From Clostridia bacterium (GTDB taxonomy: Bacteria; Bacillota; Clostridia; Christensenellales; UBA1242), in NCBI GenBank assembly GCA_900767715.1, contig CAAGAD010000005.1:83697-147696 (forward strand): 64,000 bases of DNA, read 5' to 3'. A program made the translations under genes and the position numbers. Under the pieces are notes generated by a model. It did not search any database and had not been told where the DNA came from. It was given only the letters and a program-made list of their open reading frames with translations. Below, piece by piece: positions 10,105 to 20,326 of this stretch (position 1 is the stretch's first letter; each line of letters opens with the position of its first letter).

Positions 10105-10554
10105 ATGGGATTTTTTAGAAAACTTTTGCGTGGGCTAGGAATTGAAACTGAAAATGACAAGAAAAAACAACCTGAACAGCCCGCCGACAAATATGCCAAC
10201 TTCAATATGCATCAGCGCGAAGGCGAGCAGATTGGAACGTACGCGGAAGATATGGTGAACGGCTTTAATTTCGGTCAATCAATGCCAAATATGATTGTAC
10301 AGAAGCCAACGAGCCACCGTGACGTGCAACGTATCGCAGATTTTTTGCGCCAAGGTCAAGCGGAGATTATTGATTTGTCGGGCTTGCAGTCGCAAGATTG
10401 CGGACGCATTTTGGACTTTTTGAGCGGGGCAATATACGCGCTCAACGGGAGTATTTTGCGCATTAACGACAACCAGTTTGTGCTTATGCCAGCGGGTGCA
10501 AAGATTCTCGTGCCACAAGAAGAGAGCACTGCCGTAACCACCACCAACAAATAA
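10105..10554 (+). CDS. sepF: cell division protein SepF
   Basis: The C-terminal DUF552-type core reads MIVQKPTSHRDVQRIADFLRQGQAEIIDLSGL...ILDFLSGAIYALNGSILRI. It sits before lspA-rluD, as in Bacillus. Confidence 0.8.
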   Translation: MGFFRKLLRGLGIETENDKKKQPEQPADKYANFNMHQREGEQIGTYAEDMVNGFNFGQSMPNMIVQKPTSHRDVQRIADFLRQGQAEIIDLSGLQSQDCGRILDFLSGAIYALNGSILRINDNQFVLMPAGAKILVPQEESTAVTTTNK

Positions 10555-10556
10555 TT

Positions 10557-11096
10557 ATGAAGAAAAAATACATCACCATTTCAATTATTTTCATATTACT
10601 TTTAGCAGTTGACTTGATTACCAAGTCAACTTTTGTAGGCGCAGATTATGTGGTCATTCCGCACCTTTTCAATTTTCACTACACGCAAAACACGGGCGCG
10701 GGGTTCAGCATTTTGGCAGACAAAACTTGGCTGTTGATTCTGCTCAGTGTTGCAATGATTATTGGCATTGTGTTGTACGACATCTTTGCCAAGCGCAAAC
10801 ACCCCCTTTACAACGTCGCCTTTGCACTCATTTTGACGGGCGCAATTGGTAACCTTATTGACCGCGTGTTTTTGGGTTATGTGCGCGACTTTGTTCAATT
10901 TGCCTTTTGGCAAGAGTTTCCTATCTTTAATGTTGCAGACATCTGTCTAACTTTTGGCGTTATACTTTTCGTCATATTTGTGTTATTTTTAGATAAAGAC
11001 CCGTCAAAAGATATTTTATTGCAACAATCCAAAACGAAAAATAAAACAATAAACAACGAAGATAGAATCATAAAAAAGGACGATGAAGATGAGTGA
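10557..11096 (+). CDS. lspA: lipoprotein signal peptidase II
   Basis: Four TM segments. Motifs NTGAGFS, GAIGNLIDR and FPIFNVADICLTFG. Confidence 0.9.
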   Translation: MKKKYITISIIFILLLAVDLITKSTFVGADYVVIPHLFNFHYTQNTGAGFSILADKTWLLILLSVAMIIGIVLYDIFAKRKHPLYNVAFALILTGAIGNLIDRVFLGYVRDFVQFAFWQEFPIFNVADICLTFGVILFVIFVLFLDKDPSKDILLQQSKTKNKTINNEDRIIKKDDEDE

Positions 11097-11997
11097 AAAT
11101 TTTGTTTACCTTGGGGACGGCGAAAGACTAGACACATTCCTATCTAAAAACATTCCCCAGTTCACTCGTTCCTACATCAAGAAACTAATCGACGAAGGCA
11201 AAATTTTGGTTGAAGGCAAAAAGGTGAAAGCGGGCTACGAACTCAAAAATGGCACAGACATTTCCGTTGACTATGTCACACCAAGCGAGCCGTCCGCCAA
11301 ACCGGAGAACATCGACATTGACATCGTGTATGAAGATGACGACTTGGCGGTGATAAACAAGCCATACGGAATGGTGGTACACCCTTGCACCACCACGCCC
11401 GAGCACACGCTCGTCAACGCCTTGCTCTACAAAATGAAGAGTTTGAGCGGGGTCAACGGAGTGCTTCGCCCCGGCATAGTTCATCGCCTAGACAAAGACA
11501 CCAGCGGACTGCTTTGCGTGGCGAAGAATGATAAATCTCACCGCTTTTTGAGTGCGCAACTTGCCGACAAAACAATGTATCGCGAATATTACGCCATTTG
11601 CAACGGGGTAATCAAGCAAAACGAGATAGACATCGTGGGCAACATCGCCCGCTCGAAACGAGACCGCAAGAAAATGGACGTTGTGCCTGACGGCGAGGGG
11701 CGTTATGCAGAAACGCACTTGACCGTATTGAAACGCTTTTTGCGTCACACGCTCATCAAACTCCAACTCAAAACGGGTCGCACGCACCAAATCCGCGTAC
11801 ATACCGAGCACATCGGTCACTCGCTTATGGGCGACAAAATCTATGGTATCAAGAGTGACAAGACGGACAAACTTATGCTCGTGAGCAAGAAACTGTCTTT
11901 TATTCACCCAACTACACGCGAGCGCGTCACTTTCGAGATTGACTTGCCGGACTATTTCACTAATATGGTGGAAAAATTGGAAAGAGAATGCAAATAA
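11083..11997 (+). CDS. rluD: 23S rRNA pseudouridine synthase, RluD subfamily
   Basis: N-terminal S4-like region (RLDTFLS), HRLDKDTSGLL catalytic motif, and GRTHQIRVH. It overlaps the lspA stop. Confidence 0.85.
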   Translation: MKMSENFVYLGDGERLDTFLSKNIPQFTRSYIKKLIDEGKILVEGKKVKAGYELKNGTDISVDYVTPSEPSAKPENIDIDIVYEDDDLAVINKPYGMVVHPCTTTPEHTLVNALLYKMKSLSGVNGVLRPGIVHRLDKDTSGLLCVAKNDKSHRFLSAQLADKTMYREYYAICNGVIKQNEIDIVGNIARSKRDRKKMDVVPDGEGRYAETHLTVLKRFLRHTLIKLQLKTGRTHQIRVHTEHIGHSLMGDKIYGIKSDKTDKLMLVSKKLSFIHPTTRERVTFEIDLPDYFTNMVEKLERECK

Positions 11998-12060
11998 TCT
12001 TGCCAGATTATTGACAGTCACAAATTAAAAAAGTATAATAATAATATTATTGGAGGAGTT

Positions 12061-12324
12061 ATGTCAGATTTTAATTGGAAAAAAGTTGTAAATCTACTAG
12101 CATATATTGCGCTTATCGCAGTGGCAGTTGCCTTGATTTTTGTCAAGATATTCCAAGGCGGAGCAGTTGCCAACGCTCTCACAATTGTTGCCAACGCCAT
12201 TGCATATTTGGTTACAGCCATTTTTGCATTCGTATATGCACGTAGCAAGCGCAACCCTTGGGTTATGATTTGCTATGTAGTAGCAGTCATATTGGTAATC
12301 GTCTTTATGATTCTAGGCGCTTAA
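12061..12324 (+). CDS. small membrane protein (87 aa, 3 hydrophobic helices)
   Basis: GGAGGAG RBS before the ATG, hydrophobic throughout, hairpin plus T-run after the stop. Confidence 0.6.
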   Translation: MSDFNWKKVVNLLAYIALIAVAVALIFVKIFQGGAVANALTIVANAIAYLVTAIFAFVYARSKRNPWVMICYVVAVILVIVFMILGA

Positions 12325-12416
12325 CGAAAAGGGCTTCGGCTCTTTTTTTGTTTGCTTTTAGCAGTAAAAGTCACTAAACAAAACAAAATATGTTAAGATA
12401 AAGTCAATGCAATGTG

Positions 12417-12445
12417 TTGCCAAAATTAAATTATTGTGCTATAAT
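12417..12445 (+). promoter_or_regulatory. sigma-70-type promoter of tig-clpP-clpX
   Basis: TTGCCA, 17-nt spacer, TATAAT, with a TGC extended -10. Confidence 0.55.
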
Positions 12446-12520
12446 CATTTGCATTTTAATAGGGAAGTGCGTGCCCGACGACTGTCGTCGAACGCTCCAC
12501 CGACCAAATAAGGAGAAAAT

Positions 12521-13807
12521 ATGAAATACAAGATTGACAGAGAGACAAAAGGTTTAGTCAAAGTGAAAATCACCATTAAGGGTGACGAATTTAATAAATA
12601 TGTTGATGAAGCATACGAGCAAAACAAAGACCGTTATGCTGTTCAAGGTTTCCGCAAGGGTAAAGCACCACGCAGTGTAATTGAAGCACAATATGGCGCT
12701 AACACCTTTACACAAATCGCGCTCGACAACGCTTTTGACGCTAGTTACCACGAAATTATGGAGAAAGAAAAGGACATCGACCCAATCGACAGCCCAAAGG
12801 TTATGATGGACAAATACACCGAAAAAGAAGTCGTAATCTCAATGGAAATCCCAGTTTTGCCAGAATTTGAACTTGGTCAATACAAAGGTTTGACATTTAA
12901 ACGCCCAGAGAACGTGGTTAGCGAAGAGCACATTCAAGAGCACATCGACCACAACTTGATGCGCGGTAGCAAACTTGTTGACAGCGAGAACCCAGTGGCT
13001 ATGGACGACGTAGTCAACCTCAACTTTGAAGGTTTTGTTGACGGCAAAGCATTTGACGGCGGTAAGGCTGAGAACTATCAATTGAAGATTGGTAGCCACA
13101 CTTTCATCGATAATTTCGAAGACCAACTTATCGGTTTGAAGAAGGGCGACACCAAGGACGTTGTTGTTCGTTTCCCTAAGGAATACCACGAAAAGAGTTT
13201 GGCTGACAAAGAAGCCACTTTCAAAGTGCTTATCAACAACATTCGCACTCGCATTATGCCAAAATTCGACGAAGAATTCGTTAAAAATACTAGCGAATTT
13301 GACACTATCGAAGCATATAAAGAAAATATCAAGTCTATAATAACTAAGGAACAAGAAGCCAAGATTGAACGCGACCTTGACAACCAAATCGTTGATGCCA
13401 TTATAAATAACACCAAATTGGAAATTCCAACCGAACTAGTTGACCGTGAACAAGAAAGAATGATTTTGGGACTTCAAGACCAACTCGCTCAACAAGGTTT
13501 GCGCCTAGAAGACTACCTTGCATACATCGGCAAATCTATGGACGACTACAAGGCTGAACAAAGACAATATGCCGAAAAGAATGTTAAGACAAGATTCATT
13601 TTGGAAAGAATTATTACTACCGAAAACATCACTGTTACTAACGAAGAGTTTAACGCTCGACTTGAGGAATTTGCAAAAATGCAGAACGTCAGCCTTGACG
13701 AACTCAAAAAGCAAATGGGCGAACACAATATGTCACACATCTTGAACAATATGTTGATGGACAAACTTTTCGCATTCTTGAAAGAAAACAACACAATCAC
13801 TAAATAA
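12521..13807 (+). CDS. tig: trigger factor
   Basis: 428 aa. The N-terminal ribosome-binding motif FRKGKAP is present with a central FKBP-like region. The tig-clpP-clpX order is conserved. Confidence 0.9.
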   Translation: MKYKIDRETKGLVKVKITIKGDEFNKYVDEAYEQNKDRYAVQGFRKGKAPRSVIEAQYGANTFTQIALDNAFDASYHEIMEKEKDIDPIDSPKVMMDKYTEKEVVISMEIPVLPEFELGQYKGLTFKRPENVVSEEHIQEHIDHNLMRGSKLVDSENPVAMDDVVNLNFEGFVDGKAFDGGKAENYQLKIGSHTFIDNFEDQLIGLKKGDTKDVVVRFPKEYHEKSLADKEATFKVLINNIRTRIMPKFDEEFVKNTSEFDTIEAYKENIKSIITKEQEAKIERDLDNQIVDAIINNTKLEIPTELVDREQERMILGLQDQLAQQGLRLEDYLAYIGKSMDDYKAEQRQYAEKNVKTRFILERIITTENITVTNEEFNARLEEFAKMQNVSLDELKKQMGEHNMSHILNNMLMDKLFAFLKENNTITK

Positions 13808-13821
13808 TGGGAGAAAATATT

Positions 13822-14403
13822 ATGCTAATTCCTATGGTCGTTGACCAAGTAGGCAATAACGAACGCAGTTACGACATTTACAGCCGTTTGCTCGAAGACA
13901 GGATCATCTTTTTGACAGGCGAAATTAATGACCAAGTGGCTAACACTGTCGTGGCTCAACTCATCTATTTGGAAGGCAAAAATCCAGATAAAGACATTTA
14001 TATGTACATCAATAGCCCAGGTGGCAGTGTGAGCGCAGGCTTTGCCATCTATGACACTATGAACTACATCAAATGCGATGTCAGCACCATTTGCATTGGT
14101 CTTGCCGCTTCAATGGGAGCATTCTTGCTTAGCAGTGGCGCACGTGGCAAACGCGTTGCCTTGCCAAACAGCAAGATTATGATTCACCAGCCACTCGGCG
14201 GAGCGCAAGGTCAGGCAAGCGACATCGAAATTCAAGCGCGCGAAATGCAAAAGACAAAACAAAAACTCAACGAGATTTTGGCTCGCAACACGGGCAAGTC
14301 TATTGAAGAAATCGCTCGCGACACCGACCGCGACAACTATATGTCTGCCGAAGAAGCACAAAACTACGGTTTGGTGGACAAAATTTACGAACACAGAGTT
14401 TAA
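13822..14403 (+). CDS. clpP: ATP-dependent Clp protease proteolytic subunit
   Basis: [30 protein letters not shown] (catalytic Ser), MIHQPLGG. The start was moved to the ATG after the GGGAG RBS. Confidence 0.92.
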   Translation: MLIPMVVDQVGNNERSYDIYSRLLEDRIIFLTGEINDQVANTVVAQLIYLEGKNPDKDIYMYINSPGGSVSAGFAIYDTMNYIKCDVSTICIGLAASMGAFLLSSGARGKRVALPNSKIMIHQPLGGAQGQASDIEIQAREMQKTKQKLNEILARNTGKSIEEIARDTDRDNYMSAEEAQNYGLVDKIYEHRV

Positions 14404-14418
14404 TTCTAGGAGAATATT

Positions 14419-15657
14419 TTGAAAGATTTAGACACCGTTTGCTCTTTCTGCGGACGTACAATGGCTAGCGCCAGTGATATGGTCGCCAGTCCAGACGGCA
14501 ACTGCTTTATCTGTAAGGATTGCATAGACATCTGTAAAGATTTGGTTGCCAAGAACAAAGCAAAAGACAAAAATTCAACACTTATTGACCTGCCAACTCC
14601 AAGCGAAATCAAGGCTAAATTGGACGAGTTTATCATCGACCAAGACGAAGCCAAGAAGGTTTTGAGTGTGGCGGTTTACAATCATTACAAGCGTATCAAC
14701 AGCAATCTGCAAAAGCAAGATAAGGACGATGACGTTGTGCTCGAAAAAAGCAACGTATTGCTCATTGGACCTACCGGCACAGGCAAAACATTGCTCGCTC
14801 GCACCTTGGCACGTACACTGAAAGTGCCTTTTGCCGTTGCTGATGCCACCACAATCACCGAAGCGGGTTATGTGGGCGACGATGTGGAAAATGTACTGTT
14901 GAAACTCATTCAAAACGCCGACTACGACGTAAAGAAAGCCGAACGCGGAATCGTGTATATCGACGAAATCGACAAGATTGCTCGCAAGGGTGAGAACAAA
15001 TCCATTACACGCGACGTTTCAGGAGAGGGCGTTCAACAAGCATTGCTCAAAATTTTGGAGGGCACTATTGCCAGCGTTCCACCACAAGGCGGACGCAAAC
15101 ACCCACAACAAGAAAATATTCAAATTGACACCACCAACATTTTGTTTATCTGTGGCGGTGCATTTGTTGGTCTAGATAAGGTCATTGCAATGCGCAATGG
15201 CAGTTCGGCACTCGGCTTTGGCGCTGACGTGAAGAACAAGGACGAAATGGCAAAAAATATCAACGTCAAAGATGTTCAACCAACCGACTTGCACAAGTTT
15301 GGTATGATTCCAGAATTTGTAGGTCGTTTGCCAGTCGTAGTCTGCTTGCAGAGTTTGACTCAACAAGCGCTCGAACGCATTTTGACCGAGCCAAAGAACT
15401 CAATCGTACGTCAATACAAGAAACTCTTTTCAATGGACGGCGTGGAACTCGAAATCACGCCGGAAGCCGTGCAAGCCGTTGCCAAAAAGGCAATTGAATT
15501 GAAGACGGGTGCGCGTGGACTGAGAGCCATTTTGGAAGAGAGAATGCTCGGCGTTATGTATGCCTATCCAACAGACAAGACGATTAAGAAAATTGTAATC
15601 GATAAAGACTTTATCGATTGCAAATCTGACCCGACAATCATCAAACAAGCAAGTTAA
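14419..15657 (+). CDS. clpX: ATP-dependent Clp protease ATP-binding subunit ClpX
   Basis: TTG start after AGGAG. Zinc-binding CSFCGR...CFICKDC, Walker [12 protein letters not shown], Walker [10 protein letters not shown]. Confidence 0.92.
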   Translation: MKDLDTVCSFCGRTMASASDMVASPDGNCFICKDCIDICKDLVAKNKAKDKNSTLIDLPTPSEIKAKLDEFIIDQDEAKKVLSVAVYNHYKRINSNLQKQDKDDDVVLEKSNVLLIGPTGTGKTLLARTLARTLKVPFAVADATTITEAGYVGDDVENVLLKLIQNADYDVKKAERGIVYIDEIDKIARKGENKSITRDVSGEGVQQALLKILEGTIASVPPQGGRKHPQQENIQIDTTNILFICGGAFVGLDKVIAMRNGSSALGFGADVKNKDEMAKNINVKDVQPTDLHKFGMIPEFVGRLPVVVCLQSLTQQALERILTEPKNSIVRQYKKLFSMDGVELEITPEAVQAVAKKAIELKTGARGLRAILEERMLGVMYAYPTDKTIKKIVIDKDFIDCKSDPTIIKQAS

Positions 15658-15685
15658 AAAAGTGCGTCAAATCGACGCATTTTTT
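15656..15685 (+). terminator. rho-independent terminator
   Basis: TGCGTC-aaatc-GACGCA hairpin followed by a T6 run. Confidence 0.7.
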
Positions 15686-15781
15686 CTTGTAAAAATTAAA
15701 CATAAAAAAAATGTTAAAAACCTATTTACAAACGTATTTCTTTGTGCTATAATACGGCTATACAAAAGGAGATTTCCAATA

Positions 15782-16021
15782 ATGGCAACAGTTAAATTCA
15801 ACGGGAAACAATATCCAGTTTTAGACTATTCAGAAGTCGGCGCAAACAAAGAATGCTTTTTCAAATTTAAAGACAAAATATTTTATCGTAATGGCAATGC
15901 TGTCACTCCAATCACTGACACGCACTGCAAGTTGCCAGAAACCAAAAAACGTATCTCTGCTATCAAGGCTAGACAGGCAAAAAACGCAGAGGCTATGACA
16001 GCAAAGGCAATGTCACGTTAA
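15782..16021 (+). CDS. hypothetical 79-aa protein with basic C-terminal tail
   Basis: AAAGGAG RBS before ATG 15782. A TGCTATAAT extended -10 lies upstream, inside the track's longer ORF. A terminator hairpin follows the stop. Confidence 0.55.
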   Translation: MATVKFNGKQYPVLDYSEVGANKECFFKFKDKIFYRNGNAVTPITDTHCKLPETKKRISAIKARQAKNAEAMTAKAMSR

Positions 16022-16118
16022 TTAATTTTAAAAGAGTCTTTTTGGACTCTTTTTTTATGCTCAAAATATTTTACAAAAAAATTCCAATGTGTTAATATAT
16101 AATTATATTGAGGTTATT

Positions 16119-16379
16119 ATGAGTGAATATGTTTATCCAGCAATAATATATCCAGACAGCGAAGGTCGTGGCTTTACTATCAGCGTACCGGACGTCAATA
16201 TTGTTACAGAAGGCGAAACTGTGGAAGAGGCTTTTTTGCGTGCCAAAGATTTTTTGGCTAGTTACATCGAAGTTTGCAACGAACTAGATAGCGACATCGA
16301 AGGCTCTACATCTTTTGCTGAAACGGCTAAGAAAAACCCTAAACGTATCATTTTATTGGTTGATGCAGACAACGAATAA
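16119..16379 (+). CDS. HicB-like (UPF0150-type) antitoxin-fold protein, no DNA-binding extension
   Basis: YVYPAIIYPDSEGRGFTISVPDVNIVTEGETVEEAFLRAKDFLASYIE matches the HicB N-domain pattern (Y.a.i..d..g.f...P.....G.t.eEA). GAGG RBS before ATG 16119. Confidence 0.55.
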   Translation: MSEYVYPAIIYPDSEGRGFTISVPDVNIVTEGETVEEAFLRAKDFLASYIEVCNELDSDIEGSTSFAETAKKNPKRIILLVDADNE

Positions 16380-16389
16380 GAGGTGAGCG

Positions 16390-16911
16390 ATGGAATACAA
16401 ACTCTGTCTTGAAAATTGGAGTCAATTCGATTTTCTAATCAACAACTTTTACGAAATTGTGGAATACAAGCGCGGACGTGGCGTGTATGGCGACAGAATT
16501 ATTTTGCGCCGACCACGCAATCCACAATCCGTGTTCGCCACACCGGATAAGCAGTACGATTTTTACTACCTTGACGCGCACAACACCAAAGAGTTGCCAC
16601 GCACCACGGCAGAGAAGATTGTGCTCATCACCAAATTTGTTTGCGACCCACAAGCAATGACTCAAATAATTCGCACCGATGACGCCAATGTCATCAGTTG
16701 GTCGTTAAATCTGCGCAAGAAAATGCGCTCTGCCAAATCTATCGACTACAACACTCTCAACGACATTTTGGTGGCAGAATATCACAAGATGTCGAACGAT
16801 TTTTTGGCAAAACTGCACGCTCATCGTCAAAAACAATACTTGCTTGCCAGCAGTGAAGCACTCGGTTTGGTTAGCCCAGAATTTGCCAACAATCAAATCA
16901 AAGTTTTATAA
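16390..16911 (+). CDS. hypothetical 173-aa protein, operonic with the HicB-like gene
   Basis: GAGGTG RBS. It starts 10 nt after the upstream stop. No motif recognised. Confidence 0.6.
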   Translation: MEYKLCLENWSQFDFLINNFYEIVEYKRGRGVYGDRIILRRPRNPQSVFATPDKQYDFYYLDAHNTKELPRTTAEKIVLITKFVCDPQAMTQIIRTDDANVISWSLNLRKKMRSAKSIDYNTLNDILVAEYHKMSNDFLAKLHAHRQKQYLLASSEALGLVSPEFANNQIKVL

Positions 16912-17011
16912 AAGACGCAAAATTTGTGTCTTTTTTTATTTTTATCGTCAAAATGCTTGCTAATTTTTAATATAATTGGTTAAAATAATAACGAAATGCA
17001 AGGAGGTGAAT

Positions 17012-19651
17012 ATGGAATATAATCACGAAAGAAGAAAATTGAGAATCGCGACCTGGATTGTCGTCGCACTACTCATTCTGTCTATCATTGGTGCTTCACT
17101 TTTGTTTGCGTTGAGCAACCGTACCAAGAATAAAACTAAACAGCCTAATGTCGTGAATGTGGGTGACAGTATCTCCAAAAACGGCACAAATAATGTCACC
17201 ATTCCCAACGCAAGCGTGTGGGACGGCACAAGTTCAACTAGTTGGTCTGGTAGCGGTACTGCGTCTAGTCCATATTTGATTAGTACTGCTAGTCAACTGG
17301 CAGGTCTTGCAACTAACGTTAATAATGGTAATACATACGCTGGAAAGTATTTTAAATTAACAAGCAATCTTGATATGGCTGGTGAAGGCTATGCGGATAG
17401 TACAGGCTATGCCTATCTAGACTATGAAACTTACAAGAACTATAAAGTGGGCTCCACTTTTACCGTAGGAAAATATACTTACAAGGTAATAAGTATTAAC
17501 CCACCATCTTCATCAGGTACAGAAATAGTTACGAAAGGACTATGCATTGCCGAGCCAGCGGGCACTTATTCTACCGGCGATATTTTGCAAAGCAGTGGCG
17601 ACGAGTCGGTTGAAGTAATGAGTTCCTACACGGGTAATATGGAAATGGCTGGCTATACCGGTTGGCGTCTAGGTGATTATACAACAATCACCGGTCAAGG
17701 CATTAGTTTCTCCGGCTATGCGCAAATGGTGCACGAGTCAGATTTCCAGAGTGGTGGCTATAATGAAACAGATTTTACTTATATTAATGATTCGTCAATG
17801 GAAGTCTATGATATAACGGTAAACTACTACTCCGGTTCAGATACAGACCCAGGCAGTGTGTATTGTAGTTATACCTATCAAAATGGTAAGGCATTCACTT
17901 CGATTGGTACAAGTTCTACTAAATATTTTGGTGGAAACTTTGACGGTGACGGTCATATAATTGGCAACTTGGCAACCAAGTATAATAGTTCAATATTCGG
18001 TTTGTTCGGCTACGTCAACTCAACAGGTGGCGCAGTAACGATCAAAAACTTAGTTTTAAATTATGACTATGCTGGTGGCAATTATAGTTATTCGTGCAAT
18101 ATATTTGGCGGATTGTGTTGCCAAATTAACACTACATCTTCATATGGCGTAACGATTGAAAATATTACAATCGACTTTGACAGTGGTAGTTATGCAAGTA
18201 CTTCATCTTCCACGAGATATTGTGGCGGACTTGTGGGCAAACACAATGGCGCCAACAATTTGGTTATTAGAGATTGTACGACTACAAAATTAAGTTGGCA
18301 ACATAATTCACCTTTGTATTTTGGTGGTATTATTGGTTACACAGTAGGCGCGACAATAGATAGATGTCAATCTAACTTAAAATCTAGAACAATCGGCAAA
18401 AATCCAACTTCCGACAATAAATATATCGGTGGAATAGTTGGTTATGCAAGTTTGGTAAAGATTAACGATTGCTACTTTAATGGTGAAATTGAAACTAAGT
18501 ATAATGAATCAAATGTAATCAAGGGCATTGGCGGTATTCTTGGCTATGGTTCAGCATATATAGCAAATTGCTTGTTCCAGGGTTCTATCCAATTTGGTGC
18601 GAAATCTGGGTTATCAGTTTACACCGTAAAAGTTGGTGGAATTTGTGGCTCCAACAACTGCTCGACCGCAGGCTATAAATCAATCGTGAACTGCATATCA
18701 AATGGCACAATTAAAAATACTTCTACATCGGTTCAAGCAAAATTTGCAGGCGGTGTAATCACGCCTTATGGCGCAACAGGTACAGGTGCGTTGAGTGAAC
18801 TCGTCGCTGTTTACAACACTAAGAATCATTCACCTAACAATGTGACAACCAGCAGTTCGTACGGCACAAATATTGATTCCAATTTGGCTACTAGTGATAC
18901 ACTTGTTAAATCGGCTTCAACATATGCATCTTGGACTGATTTTAGTTCTCACTGGTCGATAAATGAGAATATAAACAACGGTTATCCTATGCTAGCCGTG
19001 TTCACTCCTGAAGCACAAGTTACAGGCTTTGAAGGTAGTGGTAGTTCTGCAAGTCCTTATCTAATTAGCACTCAATCGGATATGATTGCTTTTGCAAACT
19101 ATTACAACAACAATCCAAAAACTGTATCGGGTGTTTATTGGAAACTCAATGCGAATATTGATATGACTAAGAACGCAAGCAATGTTCTCATTCACTTTGC
19201 GCCAGTGTGTTACAACGGCACATTTGACGGATATTTCGATGGCAATAGCAAGACAATTAGCGGGTTACTCATCGATAAGCAATATCAATACACTGGTTTG
19301 TTCGGCACGATTGCTAGTGGCAGTTATGTCAAGAACCTGACCGTAAACGGAACAATTTATTGGGATCAAACCTATGCGGTTGGCGGTGTGGCTGGTCGCG
19401 TGATGGCTGGTGGATATTTACAGAACTGCGTATTCAACGGCAACATCATTGGCGTACTCAACACCAAATCAAGCACGGAATGTCACGGCGTGGTAGGTAA
19501 GTATGAAATCGGCGGGGCGAATAATTGTTCTGCTACATACATAGAGTTGAAATACGCCAAGATTGGTGGCACAGCAACTGCGCCAACCTACACTTACTAT
19601 TTGTACGATTGGTCGCAAATCACTACCAGATTGTACAATAGTTTGGTTTAG
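17012..19651 (+). CDS. membrane-anchored surface protein with two GLUG-like repeat modules
   Basis: AAGGAGG RBS before ATG 17012, then an N-terminal TM anchor. The header SGSGTASSPYLISTASQLAGLA / GSGSSASPYLISTQSDMIAFA occurs twice. There are many G-G-[ILV]-x-G repeats (YCGGLVGKHNG, FGGIIGYTVG, IGGIVGYAS, IGGILGYGS, VGGICGS, VGGVAGRV). Confidence 0.8.
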   Translation: MEYNHERRKLRIATWIVVALLILSIIGASLLFALSNRTKNKTKQPNVVNVGDSISKNGTNNVTIPNASVWDGTSSTSWSGSGTASSPYLISTASQLAGLATNVNNGNTYAGKYFKLTSNLDMAGEGYADSTGYAYLDYETYKNYKVGSTFTVGKYTYKVISINPPSSSGTEIVTKGLCIAEPAGTYSTGDILQSSGDESVEVMSSYTGNMEMAGYTGWRLGDYTTITGQGISFSGYAQMVHESDFQSGGYNETDFTYINDSSMEVYDITVNYYSGSDTDPGSVYCSYTYQNGKAFTSIGTSSTKYFGGNFDGDGHIIGNLATKYNSSIFGLFGYVNSTGGAVTIKNLVLNYDYAGGNYSYSCNIFGGLCCQINTTSSYGVTIENITIDFDSGSYASTSSSTRYCGGLVGKHNGANNLVIRDCTTTKLSWQHNSPLYFGGIIGYTVGATIDRCQSNLKSRTIGKNPTSDNKYIGGIVGYASLVKINDCYFNGEIETKYNESNVIKGIGGILGYGSAYIANCLFQGSIQFGAKSGLSVYTVKVGGICGSNNCSTAGYKSIVNCISNGTIKNTSTSVQAKFAGGVITPYGATGTGALSELVAVYNTKNHSPNNVTTSSSYGTNIDSNLATSDTLVKSASTYASWTDFSSHWSINENINNGYPMLAVFTPEAQVTGFEGSGSSASPYLISTQSDMIAFANYYNNNPKTVSGVYWKLNANIDMTKNASNVLIHFAPVCYNGTFDGYFDGNSKTISGLLIDKQYQYTGLFGTIASGSYVKNLTVNGTIYWDQTYAVGGVAGRVMAGGYLQNCVFNGNIIGVLNTKSSTECHGVVGKYEIGGANNCSATYIELKYAKIGGTATAPTYTYYLYDWSQITTRLYNSLV

Positions 19652-19821
19652 AAGTTAATAAGGCAATCAAATAGTTTAAAAAGGGCTCGAATGAGTCCTT
19701 TTTTCTGTCCAAATATGCCACATCACAAGCAAATGAAATACTGTGCGAATATGTGTTGTTAGTTTTATGAAACACGCGTGCAAAAAGGCTGAATTTTTGG
19801 CAATAATTTGTCAAAAACTGG

Positions 19822-19850
19822 TTGACACTAGGGTCGGTTAAGTGTATAAT
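19822..19850 (+). promoter_or_regulatory. str-operon promoter
   Basis: Consensus TTGACA (19822-19827), 17-nt spacer, TATAAT (19845-19850), preceded by TG. Confidence 0.65.
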
Positions 19851-19923
19851 AACTCTGTTATATAGTGAAATATGCTGCTTTGCACTATGTAAAGAGGTTG
19901 CAAAAATTTTACAAGGAGGAAAT

Positions 19924-20295
19924 ATGCCTACAATTAATCAGTTGGTAAGAAAGCCTAGAAAGAAGCAAACAGTTAAGAGTAAATCAGAGTTGTTGAAGGC
20001 TTGCCCACAAAAACGTGGTGTGTGCCTTTCAGTTACTACTACTACACCTAAAAAACCTAACTCAGCAATGCGTAAGATTGCGCGTGTAAAACTTTCAAAC
20101 AAGGCTGAGACTACATGCTATATCCCAGGCGAAGGACACAACTTGCAAGAGCACAGTGTCGTACTCGTTCGTGGTGGTAAAGTGAAAGACTTGCCAGGCG
20201 TACGTTATCACATTGTTCGTGGTTCTTTGGATACTGCGGGTGTTGCTAAACGTAAACAAGGTAGAAGTCGTTACGGCGCTAAGAAATCTAAATAA
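19924..20295 (+). CDS. rpsL: 30S ribosomal protein S12
   Basis: [13 protein letters not shown]... after the AAGGAGG RBS. The track's 5' extension contains the promoter. Confidence 0.97.
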   Translation: MPTINQLVRKPRKKQTVKSKSELLKACPQKRGVCLSVTTTTPKKPNSAMRKIARVKLSNKAETTCYIPGEGHNLQEHSVVLVRGGKVKDLPGVRYHIVRGSLDTAGVAKRKQGRSRYGAKKSK

Positions 20296-20326
20296 TGCGT
20301 CAATAAAAATAATATAAGGAGAAATT

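Noticed and set aside
10557-11096. Alternative genetic code (TGA as Trp, as in Mollicutes), considered because of the low GC and surface-variation features
   Set aside because: Conserved proteins are full length under the standard code. TGA terminates lspA at the expected length, and Trp positions use TGG.
19350-19651. Possible diversity-generating retroelement: the 3' end of the GLUG gene as variable repeat and the 51432-51741 copy as template repeat
   Set aside because: There is no reverse-transcriptase ORF anywhere in the window. The differences between the copies include all substitution types plus an indel, and are not restricted to adenine positions. The copies are far more diverged than TR/VR pairs.
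19822-19923. N-terminal extensions in the ORF track (rpsL from 19822, tuf from 22970, gpmI from 34934, and 15662, 16089, 16976, 39647, 40557, 44539)
   Set aside because: The extensions run through promoters and RBSs. Conserved N-termini ([19 protein letters not shown], and others) begin at internal ATG/GTG/TTG codons with proper SD spacing.
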